64,000 bases of DNA from Haliotis rubra (Eukaryota), in NCBI RefSeq assembly GCF_003918875.1, contig NW_025767091.1, forward strand, positions 1,364,001 through 1,428,000, written 5' to 3'. Positions 1 through 13,007 of the stretch are shown one piece after another. The stretch's first letter is position 1, and each line of letters starts with the position of its first letter. A model generated the notes under the pieces. That model was given only the letters and a program-made list of their open reading frames with translations. It was not told the origin of the DNA and made no database searches. A program made the position numbers and the translations under genes.

Positions 1-659
1 ACGCTGCCTATCATTAAATGCAGCCAATTTTAGGCCAGTTATCTTGGTGGCTATTTTAGCTGAGCTTTCAGTCATGCATCTGCTAGAAGTACCGATATCA
101 GAGAAGAACAGTATGTGAAGAAAGCATATTGGTCACAGGACTGTTGTGTTCCAGCACAACCACTTACTCAGTAGTTTCGTCCAGAAATATAAAGACAAAT
201 TGTTTTACAGTTTAATATGCAACCCTTATACTCTTCACTGATTTGCTTTGGCGGCTTGTATTCTAGTTAAAGCACTCCCTTGTCAAGCCAGGGAAAGCTT
301 AGATTTCACACACAGACAATGTGTGAAGCCCATTTCTTGTGTCCCCGCAGTGATACTGCTGGAATATTGATAAAGGCGATGAAAAACATTACTCACTCTC
401 TTATTTGTTAATATTTTGCAACAGCCATTGTATAACACCCATAACATCCTTGCAGTTATTGAGATGGTCGAATACCAGAACATGCTTTACTTGTGGCCAA
501 TCAAACTGAAGGCGAACTAGGTTTCATTTGGTTTGCAGTCTGATCCACAGTTTATCTGTTTGAAATATGCCTATCAAAAGTAAAGCAGAATATACTGAAC
601 TGAATTTTGTTCAGCAATAACTGTATTCAGAAAAACATCTTCAATTTATCCCATCTCTG

Positions 660-890
660 CTGTATTTCCACCCGATATTGCTGGAATATTGCTAAAAGAA
701 GCGTAAAATCAGACACCCACTCACTAACTCACTCACTCTGATTCTGCATTATTGGTGTTGGAATATTGCTAAAACACAATAAATCAGACACCCACTCACT
801 CACTAACTCACTCACTCTTATTCTGCATTATTGGTGTTGGAATATTGCTAAAAACACAATAAATCAGACACCCACTCACTCACTCAATTT
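660..890 (+). repeat. Tandem triplication (~70 bp) of a SINE 3' tail
   Basis: ggaatattgctaaaa...atcagacacccactcact...ttctgcatt occurs three times. Confidence 0.8.
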
Positions 891-1200
891 CTGCATTTCT
901 CTACAGGATTCAAGGCCAACGTTACATCTTCCTTGAGTGGCCTTTAGAATTTGGTGTGATGAACAACAGGGTGATAGAACTGTCCCCATTGTTCAACTCT
1001 AAATCTTTCACTCATTAGCCCAGTACTATCCTCAACAGCACATTAATATATTATTGAATGTTATTCTTTTTCTTGTATGCTACCGCTTCTGCTGTAAATG
1101 AGCCACGCTTAGAATATTCTGTTTTATCTGTTGTTGTTTTCAACTGCGGCTGTCTCCTCACGTGCCTCCACAGCTTCCCTCTGCCGATCAACTGCAGCCT

Positions 1201-1296
1201 TCATCCTGCTGTAGGCAGCGGAATCAGCCTCCACAACAGGTGATGTTCAAATTGTGCAGCAAATGATCCGGCTAGTATCCTCCTCACTTTTGTCTC
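1201..1296 (-). CDS. Candidate terminal coding exon of the unidentified minus-strand gene
   Basis: Acceptor tgtgtgtgtttttgttag at 1297-1298. Phase 0 reads ETKVRRILAGSFAAQFEHHLLWRLIPLPTAG*. Phase 1 reads DKSEEDTSRIICCTI* (TGA 1247-1249), followed by a 40-codon open extension to TAA 1124-1126. GC-richer than flanks; the frame used is uncertain. Confidence 0.6.
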   Translation of the reverse strand, partial: ETKVRRILAGSFAAQFEHHLLWRLIPLPTAG

Positions 1297-2569
1297 CTAA
1301 CAAAAACACACACAAATAAACTCACATTCCCTCTTCCTCCCCCACACTACACACTGCCCTTGAGCTTCGGAAAACATAGACTTGCTTCGGTATCCTCTTC
1401 CCTTCACAACACACACAACCTGTGATGCTAACACATGTGTAAATGTGTACGTGCGAGTGCGCGTTTTTGTCTTCATTATGTAGAGCACTTCTTCTTGTTT
1501 CTCTCTGGTCATGAATAAAATGAATTATGCAAACCAAGCTTTTGGGCAGCAAACATTCACCTTTTAGTGAAAATACTTGCAATCATCATTATTTAACAGT
1601 GAAATTCATACACATTATGTAGTTGAAACCATACAAAGGACAGGCTTTTCATGATTCATGCACAAGGGTTTGGCCTGGTGAACAAGTATAGGCAACACAT
1701 CAAAACTGAGATTAAATGCAAATAATATGCACCAGCCCAGTGAGATGCAAAAGTGACAGCATGAATAACTGAAACATTGTATTTTGCTCCTATTTAGATT
1801 TTCATCAAAATTACAATCTAACTGTTCAATCCTAGTTTTCTGCATTGACTTCATTTTCAAGCAATAATCCACATAAATAATCATCATAACCCCACATGGG
1901 CACAATGTGTGAAAACCATTTCTGGTGTCCCCGCCGTGATGTTGCTGGAATATTGCTAAAAGCGGCGTAAAACCATACTCAGTCAGTCAGTCAGTCCAGT
2001 ATCACATCAATGATGTGGAGCCATGAGTGAAGTGTCCCCTAAGTCAGAAGCCTGTAGCCAATGGAATACAGATTTATTAACTTGGACTCCATTTTCATAT
2101 CTGCAAGTCCTTTGGATTCACTAACAGGAATACCAAAGAAAAATCCCTGAGTATTCAATTTCTCAAGCCCATAAGACTGTTCATCAGTAACTCATGCTGG
2201 AAGCAAATGTTTTGACCATTTCTCTTCCATTCCTGTCTTCACTTATAACTCAATCTATCCAAGTAAACTCAAAATGCAAGTCTGTCATATACACTCTGTG
2301 TAAAAATGGATTTATTCAGAATCTAGATAACTATTCAACAGTTTGTGCTGGACCTGTCTGATTTGGATTCACATCCCAAACTCCCTATCACACCCCACCC
2401 CATCATCCCACCCTCAACACCCCTCCTCACCCCCACCCACCAATACAAAACATCAAGGGTTCTCATTGCAGTATTTATTCCCATCTTCTTTTCCTCCCAC
2501 GGCTATATCTCCATTTCATCTTGGTGTGGTGCAATATCACCCATATCATCCAGCATGTGTATACGTTGC

Positions 2570-2654
2570 TATGGTGACAAGAGCCAGAGGTCAGTGGCTG
2601 CTGTTGCAGACACTGCAGGGAGCAGCACCTTTGTGATTAAGCAGGCAGGCAGCC
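2570..2654 (-). CDS. Possible alternative terminal exon
   Basis: Acceptor ttattagttccctacag at 2655-2656; GC-rich block. Phase 2 reads AACLLNHKGAAPCSVCNSSH*; phase 1 reads LPACLITKVLLPAVSATAATDLWLLSP*. Confidence 0.3.
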
Positions 2655-2889
2655 CTGTAGGGAACTAATAAACATTGTGGCATCCAGGATTGCTACAGTC
2701 CTATCTCCCTATCTCACTTGATACTAAAGAAAGCATTGTGATAGGAGATTGATAAATAATCACATACATAACCTGATAAAGTTGAATAAATATTGTCCCT
2801 GACATATGATACCTGCCTAAAATGACAGACAGGTACTTTAGTTTCCAATAACTTTTGCGCAGACATTTACAACTCTGCATGCAAACAGG

Positions 2890-5220
2890 AATCGATATGT
2901 TTTACCCACCAAGCAGCAAGAATTTTCAGATGTTTCAGAGACCAAAGAAACTGTGTTTCAACCCCACAAAGAAGTAAGAATTTTTATACGTTTCAACTCC
3001 CCATTGCAACCAAGAATCTTTAAATGTTTCAACACCACACTGGAACCAGGCAGCAAGAATCTTTACATGTTTTAGCCCTACACTACAACCAAGAATCTCT
3101 CTTTCAACCCTACACTACAACCAAGAATCTATCTTTCAACCCTACACTACAACCAAGAATCTCTTTCAACCCTACACTACAACCAAAAATCTATCTTTCA
3201 ACCCTACACTACAACCAAAAATCTATCTTTCAACCCTAGACTACAACCAAGAATCTCACTTTCAACCCTACACTACACCAAAAATCTATCTTTCAACCCT
3301 ACACTACAACCAAAAATCTATCTTTCAACCCTACACTACAACCAAAAATCTATCTTTCAACCCTACACTACAACCCAAAATCTCTCTTTCAACCCTACAC
3401 TACAACCAAAATCTATCTTTCAACCCTACACTACAACCAAAAATCTATCTTCAACCCTACACCCTACACTACAACCAAAAATCTATCTTTCAACCCTACA
3501 CTCAACCCTACTTTCAACCCTACACTAAGAATCTATCTTTCAACCCTACACTACAACCAAAAAATCTATCTTTCAACCCTACACTACAACCAAAAATCTA
3601 TCTTTCAACCCTACACTACAACCAAAAAATCTCTCTTTCAACCCTACACTACAACCAAGAATCACTCTATCTTTCAACCCTACAACCCTACACTACAACA
3701 AAAAATCTATCTTTCAACCCTACACTACCAAAAATCTATCTTTCAACCCTACACTACAACCAAAAATCTATCTTTCAACCCTACACTGCAACCAACCAAA
3801 AATCTCTTTCTATCTTTCAACCCTACACTACAACCAAAAAATCTCTCTTTCAACCCTACACTACAACCAAAATCTCTCTTTCAACCCTACACTACAAATC
3901 CAAAGATCTCTCTTTCAACCCTACACTACAACCAAAAATCTCTCTTTCAACCCTACACTACAACCAAAATCTATCTTTCAACCCTACACTACAACCAAAA
4001 ATCTATCTTTCAACCCTACACTACAACCAACCCAAAATCTCAACCCTACACTACAACCAAAGATCTCTCTTTCAACCCTACACTACAACCAAAGAGCTCT
4101 GTTTCAACCCTACACTACAACCAAGAATCTCTCTTTCAACCCTACACTACAACCAAAAATCTCTCTTTCAACCCTACACTACAACCAAAATCTCTCTTTC
4201 AACCCTACACTACAACCAAAAATCTATCTTTCAACCCTACACTACAACCAAAAATCTCTCTTTCAACCCTACACTACAACCAAAAATCTATCTTTCAACC
4301 CTACACTACAACCAAAAATCTATCTTTCAACCCTACACTACAACCAAGAATCTCTCTTTCAACCCTACACTACAACCAAGAATCTCTCTTTCAACCCTAC
4401 ACTACAACCAAAAATCTATCTTTCAACCCTACACTACAACCAAAGAGCTCTGTTTCAACCCTACACTACAACCAAGAATCTCTCTTTCAACCCTACACTA
4501 CAACCAAAAATCTATCTTTCAACCCTACACTACAACCAAAAATCTATCTTTCAACCCTACACTACAACCAAAAATCTATCTTTCAACCCTACACTACAAC
4601 CAAAGAGCTCTGTTTCAACCCTACACTACAACCAAGAATCTCTCTTTCAACCCTACACTACAACCAAGAATCTCTCTTTCAACCCTACACTACAACCAAG
4701 AATCTCTCTTTCAACCCCACCATGAAGCAAGAATCTTTACATATTTCAGGCCTACACTACAACCAAGAATCTGTTTCAACCCAACCAGGCAGCAAGAATC
4801 TTTACATGTTTCAGGCCAACATTACAACCAAGAATCTCTGTTTCAATCCCACCAAGCAGCAATAAATCTTTACATGTTTCAGGCCAACTCTACAATCAAG
4901 AATCTCTGTTTCAACCCAACCAGGCAGCAAGAATCTTTACATGTTTCAGGCCAACATTACAACCAAGATAACTCTGTTTCAACCCAACCAGGTAGCAAGA
5001 ATCTTTACATGTTTCAGGCCAACATTACAACCAAGATAACTCTGTTTCAATCCCACCAAGCAGCAAGAATCTCTACATGTTTCAGCCCCACTGCAACCAA
5101 GAATCTCTGTTTCAACCCACAACCAAGCAGCAAGAATTTTCAGATGTTTCTCAGCCCTACATTGCAACCAAGAATCTGTATGTTTCAATCCCACCAAGCA
5201 GCAAGAAACTTTACATGTGT
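2890..5220. repeat. Minisatellite: 32-bp unit in the core (~3070-4720) with diverged ~65-bp dimeric units on the flanks
   Basis: Unit tttcaaccctacactacaaccaaaaatctatc, about 50 copies; the flanks alternate related A/B units. Confidence 0.95.
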
Positions 5221-5582
5221 CAGGGACTGTAACAGTACAACTGTCGTAGATCTATGTTACGTTATGGACTTTTGGTCATCTTAGCATTACGATCACTTTG
5301 TGGAGAAGTGCCATGCTCTACAAATTTCTATTCTCCACACTGTAAATACAACATATCCATAACATAAATTCTGCCACCAAAATTAAATTTTCTTATCATT
5401 AGGAGCCAGTTGTTTTCTTATTTTCACATCTTCAGCAATATCATCTTTGGACAAAACCAACAACAGGAACATGTCTGCTGATCAGTGCACAGGAAGCTGA
5501 ACCTATCTTCAGATCACAGTAGCCTTACAACTAATGTTTATTGTCAGACGGGCCCAGCGGAGCACTGCTTCTGTTTGGTTGT

Positions 5583-5702
5583 TCAGTACCAGGAGAAAAT
5601 GGCATCCTCATCAGGATGGGATCCGGTGTTGGTGGCGAAGGTGGAAGTGTCACTGATGGAGGCCGCATGGCAGACGCACAGACAAATGTGGGGGTGGCGA
5701 AA
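5583..5702 (-). CDS. Candidate exon (terminal, or internal via the donor at 5588-5589)
   Basis: Acceptor ctgtcctattaatctag at 5703-5704. Phase 0 reads FRHPHICLCVCHAASISDTSTFATNTGSHPDEDAIFSWY*; a second frame is open to 5531. GC-rich, with CpGs retained relative to the introns. Confidence 0.65.
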   Translation of the reverse strand, partial: FRHPHICLCVCHAASISDTSTFATNTGSHPDEDAIFSWY

Positions 5703-6998
5703 CTAGATTAATAGGACAGCCAGGGTTGGGAAGACTTGAAGGAGGAGAACATGCTATTCCTGTGAAGATGTTCACAGATGGCTTTCCATTATGGAAAGGT
5801 TCTACTTTGCATGCGTCTTGATGTTTTATGCCTTCAATGTATCATTCATATATTCGAACATGAGTTTGGTTCAATCTTTTCTCTATTTGTTTTTATCATA
5901 GCCTGTATTTTAGTCAAATGTGTTCTCTTGACGTTCTTTTAATCTGCTTTTTCAAACTGACATCAAAATTGACCCTTACACTTCTTTTTAACTTTGTCTT
6001 AAACTGTTTGTCGTAATGATCAAGATACTCTGTAAAACAAAACATTAAATTGGTCTGGACTTCTAAATACAAATTGAGTAATAATATTGGATATTTTAAG
6101 TGTGCCATTATCCACCCACTGGTACATAATAAGTATACATTGAAATTGATGACAAAAAGACTGATGTTAGAAATAGGCTTTTGAGAAAAAGAAGCTTTTC
6201 AACTTAATCAATACACTGCTTTATATGGATTAGGAGAGACCTTTTGCTCATGAATAAATCAAAATGTTTGAAAATATCTCATTGGAATATTTTCCGTATT
6301 CAACACACACTCGTTTTGAAAACTCTATATCACTATGCAATGCATGGAAAAGAATAATGAAGAATGAGGCATTTCACAATAAAACACTGTTCCATCATGA
6401 CATCATTTCTGGAGATTTGAACTTGATGATGCTATACTTTAGAGGGTAGTGGGCACTTATGAGAATGAAAGATATATAAACACTTTTCATTCTTTTGATG
6501 CATAGGAATATACAGGAAATATAAAACTTAAACTGTTCATAAAATGGACTCGTCTGACATTGCTGGAATTGGATTGGATTTACGGAGTCATCATTATATA
6601 AATATGGGTGAATATTCTAGTGTGGTTATGCATATGAAAACTACATCAATCTACAGACACTCCCACCAGGTAACCTTCAGCCTAACAAACTGACAGGTGT
6701 CAGGCAGGTCTAACTTCCTGATGAGTGCAGCCACCTGATATAAACACTGGCTGACCATGCAGCAGGTGTACCACATGTACTCAACATGATGGACATAACA
6801 AGGCCAGACCCTGCTAACTTCCAGATATATTGTTGGAACAATGTTTGTTACTACACCTGGGATTTATTGAGGTTGCAATATGTCCCAAATGCTTGTTAGA
6901 TTAGTGCCTAATATGGATTGGGTGGACAGTGACCTGATTAGTGGCAAGTCATATTGGCCTACCGTGGGGTGTTGTTTATAACATCAATCACTGGTTTA

Positions 6999-7165
6999 AG
7001 GGGGTGGTGGGGTAGCCTAGTGGTTAAAGTGGTCGTTCATCATGCCGAAACCCTGAGTTTGATTCCCCACATGGGTACAATGTGTGAAGCCCATTTCAGG
7101 TGTTCAACCACTGTGATATTGCTGGAATATTGCTAAAAGCAGTGTAACTAAACTCACTCACTCAC
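6999..7165 (+). mobile_element. tRNA-derived SINE, family A (full length)
   Basis: A box tagcctagtgg, B box-like gtttgattcc, body catgggtacaatgtgtgaagcccatttc, tail gctggaatattgctaaaag...actcactcact. Confidence 0.9.
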
Positions 7166-8002
7166 TGGTTTGTGTGATCCAGATTCAATTATTTACAGGC
7201 TGTCATGATATACGTGCATGTAGGCATATTTAGCAAGCCCCCAACCTCTCTCAGTTCAAAAATATTCTTGTTATCAGGTGTCACTTGACAAGTACACCGG
7301 GTCCTTAATCACAAACACCCTCAATTATGGACTGCCATATAGCTGGATTATTGCTGACTGCAGCATAAAACTAAACTCACTCACCCAATTATGGAATGGA
7401 TACCTGTGGAATGACTATTTTGTGTGATTTAAAACCTCTCCCTAATGATCACCCCTTTCCTGTGGTATCTTAATATCACACTCCACTCTTCATGGCAAAA
7501 GACCTATTCAAGGGAGATTATTATTCATCACACTACTTCAAAGAAATAGACTAGCATGTAATTTCTTCACTATAAACATGGGGTGGTGATATTGCTGAAA
7601 TATTGCTAAAAGCAGTGTAAAAGTATATATGTTATGGGCTTAGAGCATGTCCCTGAGTGATGTGGAAAAGTACTCCTATTATAGTTATTATTATTATTAA
7701 AAGGAAACTCACTCACTCATTCACTCACTATGAACTTGTACACCAAGCACCTGTCCATATTTGGACACATGAGAAGTGAAATTTGGGTTAAACGCTTTTC
7801 AAAACAGTGTCTAATTTACATCACACTTTACAAAGTCAAAATGTGGAACAAGCCCAAACAACCGAGGGCACAGATATTCACAGCTGTCAGGAAAGTCACT
7901 AACCTAGAAATGATACAGCAACTGCAAAAATATGAATCACTGTATATCTTGGATTTGAACCCATGACTTCATAGGTACCTGCACCTTTAATTTTAACAAC
8001 AG

Positions 8003-8170
8003 ACTGAGTGAGTGAGTTTAGTTTTTAAGCCGCTTTTAGCAATATTCCAGCAACATCACAACAGTGACACCAGAAATGGGCTTCACAAATTGTACCCATG
8101 TTGGGAATCAAACCCAGGTCTGCAGCATGATGAGCAAACGTTTTGACCACTAGACTACCCCACGCCCCTT
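8003..8170 (-). mobile_element. SINE family A
   Basis: Reverse complement of the family A consensus. Confidence 0.9.
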
Positions 8171-8257
8171 CAAAAGGCTGAAGATAAGAATCACGGCAAA
8201 TATTTAATTCAAACTCTGGACAAGAAGATCAAGACACACCTTCTCTATAACTGAGAG

Positions 8258-8421
8258 AGAGAGAGTGAGTTCAATTTTATGCTGCTTTTAGTAATATTCC
8301 AGCAATATCACAGCGGGGGACACCCAAATGGGCTTCACACATTGTACCCATGTGGGGAATCGAACCCAAGTCTTTGATGTGACGAGCAAAACTTTAACCA
8401 AAAGGCTACCCCACCACCCCT
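8258..8421 (-). mobile_element. SINE family A with TSD
   Basis: Family A sequence flanked by the direct repeat ctataactgaga. Confidence 0.9.
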
Positions 8422-8910
8422 ATAACTGAGAATAGATCTAAATACCACTGCATATCCTGGATCCAAACCCATGATATGCAGATCCACTTGTACCCTATAC
8501 CAGGGAGCTATCAAAAGCCTGCGTAAACTCCTCAGTGTGAACAGTTCACCTAGAACACAAACTGGGAAGATAAGTGAGTTAACAGAGGCAGGCTGCAGTG
8601 TTTGTACTGTTGGAGACCTCATTAAGCTGTGGTAATTTCATCTCTGCAGCTTGCGATGCTAATTTGGGGAATTTCAAGGTCACAATCTACAGCTCACTAC
8701 CAACAAAATTAGAAATGAGTCAGTCATCCATTGAAACACGTAAGTTTGTAAAATCCCCACAACTAATATGTTCATGATAATTGTTCTTACAACGACAGAC
8801 AGACGCTGTTGGGCATCACGGTCAGACTTTTTGCTGATTGTGTTAAACGGACCATTCTAAAACAACAACCACATGTAATATTTCAGTTACTACCATCTCA
8901 GCACTCACAT

Positions 8911-9102
8911 TAGTCTGTCTCACAGTCCCTGAACCACATTATTTTCCCTACAGCCTAGCCTTCCCTGTAGTGCTAAAGCCCTAAACGAAGCAAGTCTAGA
9001 TTTCCCCAGGTTGTCTGGTCTCCCTAGGGCTCCTTTTCAATTTAAATGGGCTTGTTTGTTACTATCAAAATTTTATATATTCAGAGACTAAGCCTTAGTC
9101 TA
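8911..9102 (-). mobile_element. Non-autonomous ~190-bp DNA transposon (TAG..CTA ends, 9-bp TSD; Academ-like), copy 1
   Basis: Homologous to 24372-24548 and 45966-46155; TSD cactcacat at 8902-8910 and 9103-9111. Confidence 0.75.
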
Positions 9103-9210
9103 CACTCACATACACATGAGATAATCATAACAGGTCAAGATATAGTTTTCAGGATTTACCCTTCCTTCATCATTGTTTACATCAGTGTTTGAAACATGAA
9201 CCCTGGGTCT

Positions 9211-11400
9211 GTGTAGTTCAAGTAGAGAAAGACATAGGTTATAGTTAACTGTAGTTCAACTACAGAAAGACATAGGTTATAGTTAACTGTAGTTCAACTA
9301 CAGAAAGACATAGGTTATAGCTAACTGTAGTTCAACTAGAGAAAGACATAGGTTATAGCTAACTGTAGTTCAACTAGAGAAAGACATAGGTTATAGTTAA
9401 CTGTAGTTCAAGTAGAGAAAGACATAGGTTATAGTTAACTGTAGTTCAACTAGAGAAAGACATAGGTTATAGTTAACTGTAGTTCAACTAGAGAAAGACA
9501 TAGGTTATAGTTAACTGTAGTTCAACTACAGAAAGACATAGGTTATAGTTAACTGTAGTTCAAGTAGAGAAAGACATAGGTTATAGCTAACTGTAGTTCA
9601 ACTAGAGAAAGACATAGGTTATAGTTAACTGTAGTTCAACTAGAGAAAGACATAGGTTATAGCTAACTGTAGTTCAACTAGAGAAAGACATAGGTTATAG
9701 CTAACTGTAGTTCAACTAGAGAAAGACATAGGTTATAGCTAACTGTAGTTCAACTAGAGAAAGACATAGGTTATAGTTAACTGTAGTTCAAGTAGAGAAA
9801 GACATAGGTTATAGTTAACTGTAGTTCAAGTAGAGAAAGACATAGGTTATAGTTAACTGTAGTTCAACTAGAGAAAGACATAGGTTATAGTTAACTGTAG
9901 TTCAACTACAGAAAGACATAGGTTATAGTTAACTGTAGTTCAACTACAGAAAGACATAGGTTATAGTTAACTGTAGTTCAACTACAGAAAGACATAGGTT
10001 ATAGCTAACTGTAGTTCAACTAGAGAAAGACATAGGTTATAGTTAACTGTAGTTCAAGTAGAGAAAGACATAGGTTATAGTTAACTGTAGTTCAAGTAGA
10101 GAAAGACATAGGTTATAGTTAACTGTAGTTCAACTAGAGAAAGACATAGGTTATAGTTAACTGTAGTTCAACTACAGAAAGACATAGGTTATAGTTAACT
10201 GTAGTTCAAGTAGAGAAAGACATAGGTTATAGCTAACTGTAGTTCAACTAGAGAAAGACATAGGTTATAGCTAACTGTAGTTCAAGTAGAGAAAGACATA
10301 GGTTATAGTTAACTGTAGTTCAAGTAGAGAAAGACATAGGTTATAGTTAACTGTAGTTCAACTACAGAAAGACATAGGTTATAGTTAACTGTAGTTCAAC
10401 TAGAGAAAGACATAGGTTATAGTTAACTGTAGTTCAACTAGAGAAAGACATAGGTTATAGTTAACTGTAGTTCAAGCAGAGAAAGACATAGGTTATAGTT
10501 AACTGTAGTTCAACTAGTGAAAGACATAGGTTATAGTTAACTGTAGTTCAACTAGAGAAAGACATAGGTTATAGTTAACTGTAGTTCAAGTAGAGAAAGA
10601 CATAGGTTATAGTTAACTGTAGTTCAACTAGAGAAAGACATAGGTTATAGTTAACTGTAGTTCAAGTAGAGAAAGACATAGGTTATAGTTAACTGTAGTT
10701 CAACTAGAGAAAGACATAGGTTATAGTTAACTGTAGTTCAAGTAGAGAAAGACATAGGTTATAGTTAACTGTAGTTCAAGTAGAGAAAGACATAGGTTAT
10801 AGTTAACTGTAGTTCAACTAGAGAAAGACATAGGTTATAGTTAACTGTAGTTCAAGTAGAGAAAGACATAGGTTATAGTTAACTGTAGTTCAAGTAGAGA
10901 AAGACATAGGTTATAGTTAACTGTAGTTCAACTAGAGAAAGACATAGGTTATAGTTAACTGTAGTTCAACTAGAGAAATACATAGGTTATAGTTAACTGT
11001 AGTTCAACTAGAGAAAGACATAGGTTATAGTTAACTGTAGTTCAAGTAGAAAAAGGCATAGGTTATAGTTAACTGTAGTTCAAGTAGAGAAAGACATAGG
11101 TTATAGTTAACTGTAGTTCAACTACAGAAAGACATAGGTCATAGTTAACTGTAGTTCAACTAGTGAAAGACATAGGTTATAGTTAACTGTAGTTCAAGGA
11201 GAGAAAGACAGAGGTTATAGTTAACTGTAGTTCAAGTAGAGAAAGACATAGGTTATAGTTAACTGTAGTTCAAGTAGAGAAAGACATAGGTTATAGTTAA
11301 CTGTAGTTCAAGTAGAGAAAGACATAGGTTATAGTTAACTGTAGTTCAACTAGAGAAAGACATAGGTTATAGTTAACTGTAGTTCAACTAGAGAAAGACA
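9211..11400. repeat. Minisatellite, 38-bp unit, ~57 copies
   Basis: Unit ctgtagttcaactagagaaagacataggttatagttaa, highly homogeneous. Confidence 0.97.
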
Positions 11401-13007
11401 ACCTATTCAACTTAAATGTACTTGAATCCAGTGTTAGCAGTCTATTCATTTGATTCACACTAGCCAAACCTGCACATCCACCTGTAGTTTCTATATGTGA
11501 AACAAGTTAAACAGAAAAGTAATCATGGTTAAATTTCCACCAAAAAGTAAAGGGATGTAAAAGCTGCAGGAAATACAGAGAAGCCAGAGTATTGAGTTTC
11601 CTGATGCACATCAGTAGTTGAAAGGAGGCTCAGGTCATTCAGCAGATTATCCTGACACAGATATGATTTCATATGGCCCAAGCTTACCCTTAAGACTTCA
11701 CAACTACCACCAAGAATCATTTCAAACAAGAGTCCAACCTTATCTACAACCACAACTTGATGTTTGTTATGCAAATTGTTTTGCTATAGACAATGTCCAA
11801 GAGTAACACATGTCACTGTTATGTCAAGACCAACACCCAAGAAATGGCATCAGATTAGATCTTATTTCCTTTCAGTAAAAGCAGGAGTTGCTCTGAATTT
11901 TCCATAGCTGGACTAAAGCAGACCCTGGGGTGATTCAAGTTAGAACAGGTTCCCAGCAGCCAAATCTGGTTATCCCACTTGACCACAAGGATTGGGAGGT
12001 CAGGCTTAGAGACTTGAAAGTCAAAAGTGTGTCAACATACCCTGATGTGTGAAACTGTGGCTGGGTGGGTTAGATTACTGAATTTGTTTGTTGGTGATAA
12101 GGTGTCTGACTCTGAGAGTGTGGGTTTGATTCCTGGATGAGAAAGTGTCATCCCAAAATATAACATGTTACATACATGATGTCATTGACCACTACTTACA
12201 CACAATATCTCACTTGACACAGGTCACTAATTATACAAAGACAATGTCTGTTGTCACTGGATTGTCTGGCTGTCCATTTACAGCTGGAATATTGCCATGA
12301 GCAGTGTAAAACAACAAGTACACATACTAACAAGAGTCTGATTATCAAACATCAATCCATTCTACCCCTTGTACAAACACTCAATTACATACACCAAAAC
12401 AACTCACTGCCAAGAGTGTCACGGCTTTCACCAGTTCAGCTATAATGAGAACAAGCACGGACTGTATTGTTGTAGTCATCTATGACAGCAGCTATCACAA
12501 CAATCAAACCTATTTCACGCTAACAATGAAAGCAAAAACCAACACAAGTATTCATCAGTAATTATGTCAGTACATATGTCAAGACCTTATATTTCAGAAA
12601 TGCGTGAGATCGGCAGATATCTTTATTACAGCACGTAAAGAGTTCCACAGTCTCTACAAAACAGTTCCATCTTTGAAACAAAATAGACAGTTTTCAGGCC
12701 CAATTTTAATTTTGTGTTTAGTATGCATTTTTTGGGAGGTGGGAGATGGGGTTGGTAGGGATGAGGTGTGTTTGGATGGTTATGAATGTTTGTTACTGAA
12801 CAATTCAATAAGCTGAACTAAGAAATTATAGCAATACTTCCAGGTCTTCCAGATTTAATTGAGTCATTAGCTTCATTGGTTCTAGTTTTGTATCCTTGCA
12901 TTATGGATTTTCAGATGCTTAAGAAACAAGCATTATTTACTTGCTAATCACATGAACAACTGTAAAACATCATTCATTAACTGGACAAAGACCACTTTAG
13001 AGTTTTT

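Noticed and set aside
1-1120. SECIS element for the TGA at 1247-1249
   Set aside because: The ATGA sites inspected on the minus strand gave no convincing stem with a GA quartet and apical AA; selenocysteine is not supported.
5600-5616. Hammerhead core CTGATGAG on the minus strand
   Set aside because: No stem II or GAAA; explained as codons for PDE.
6690-6705. Quasi-palindrome ctgacaggtgtcag, also at ~61611
   Set aside because: Could be a TGACA/E-box site, but two short matches in 64 kb are not significant.
9211-11400. CRISPR-like regular array
   Set aside because: Head-to-tail units without unique spacers, no cas genes, eukaryotic context. The same applies to the other arrays.
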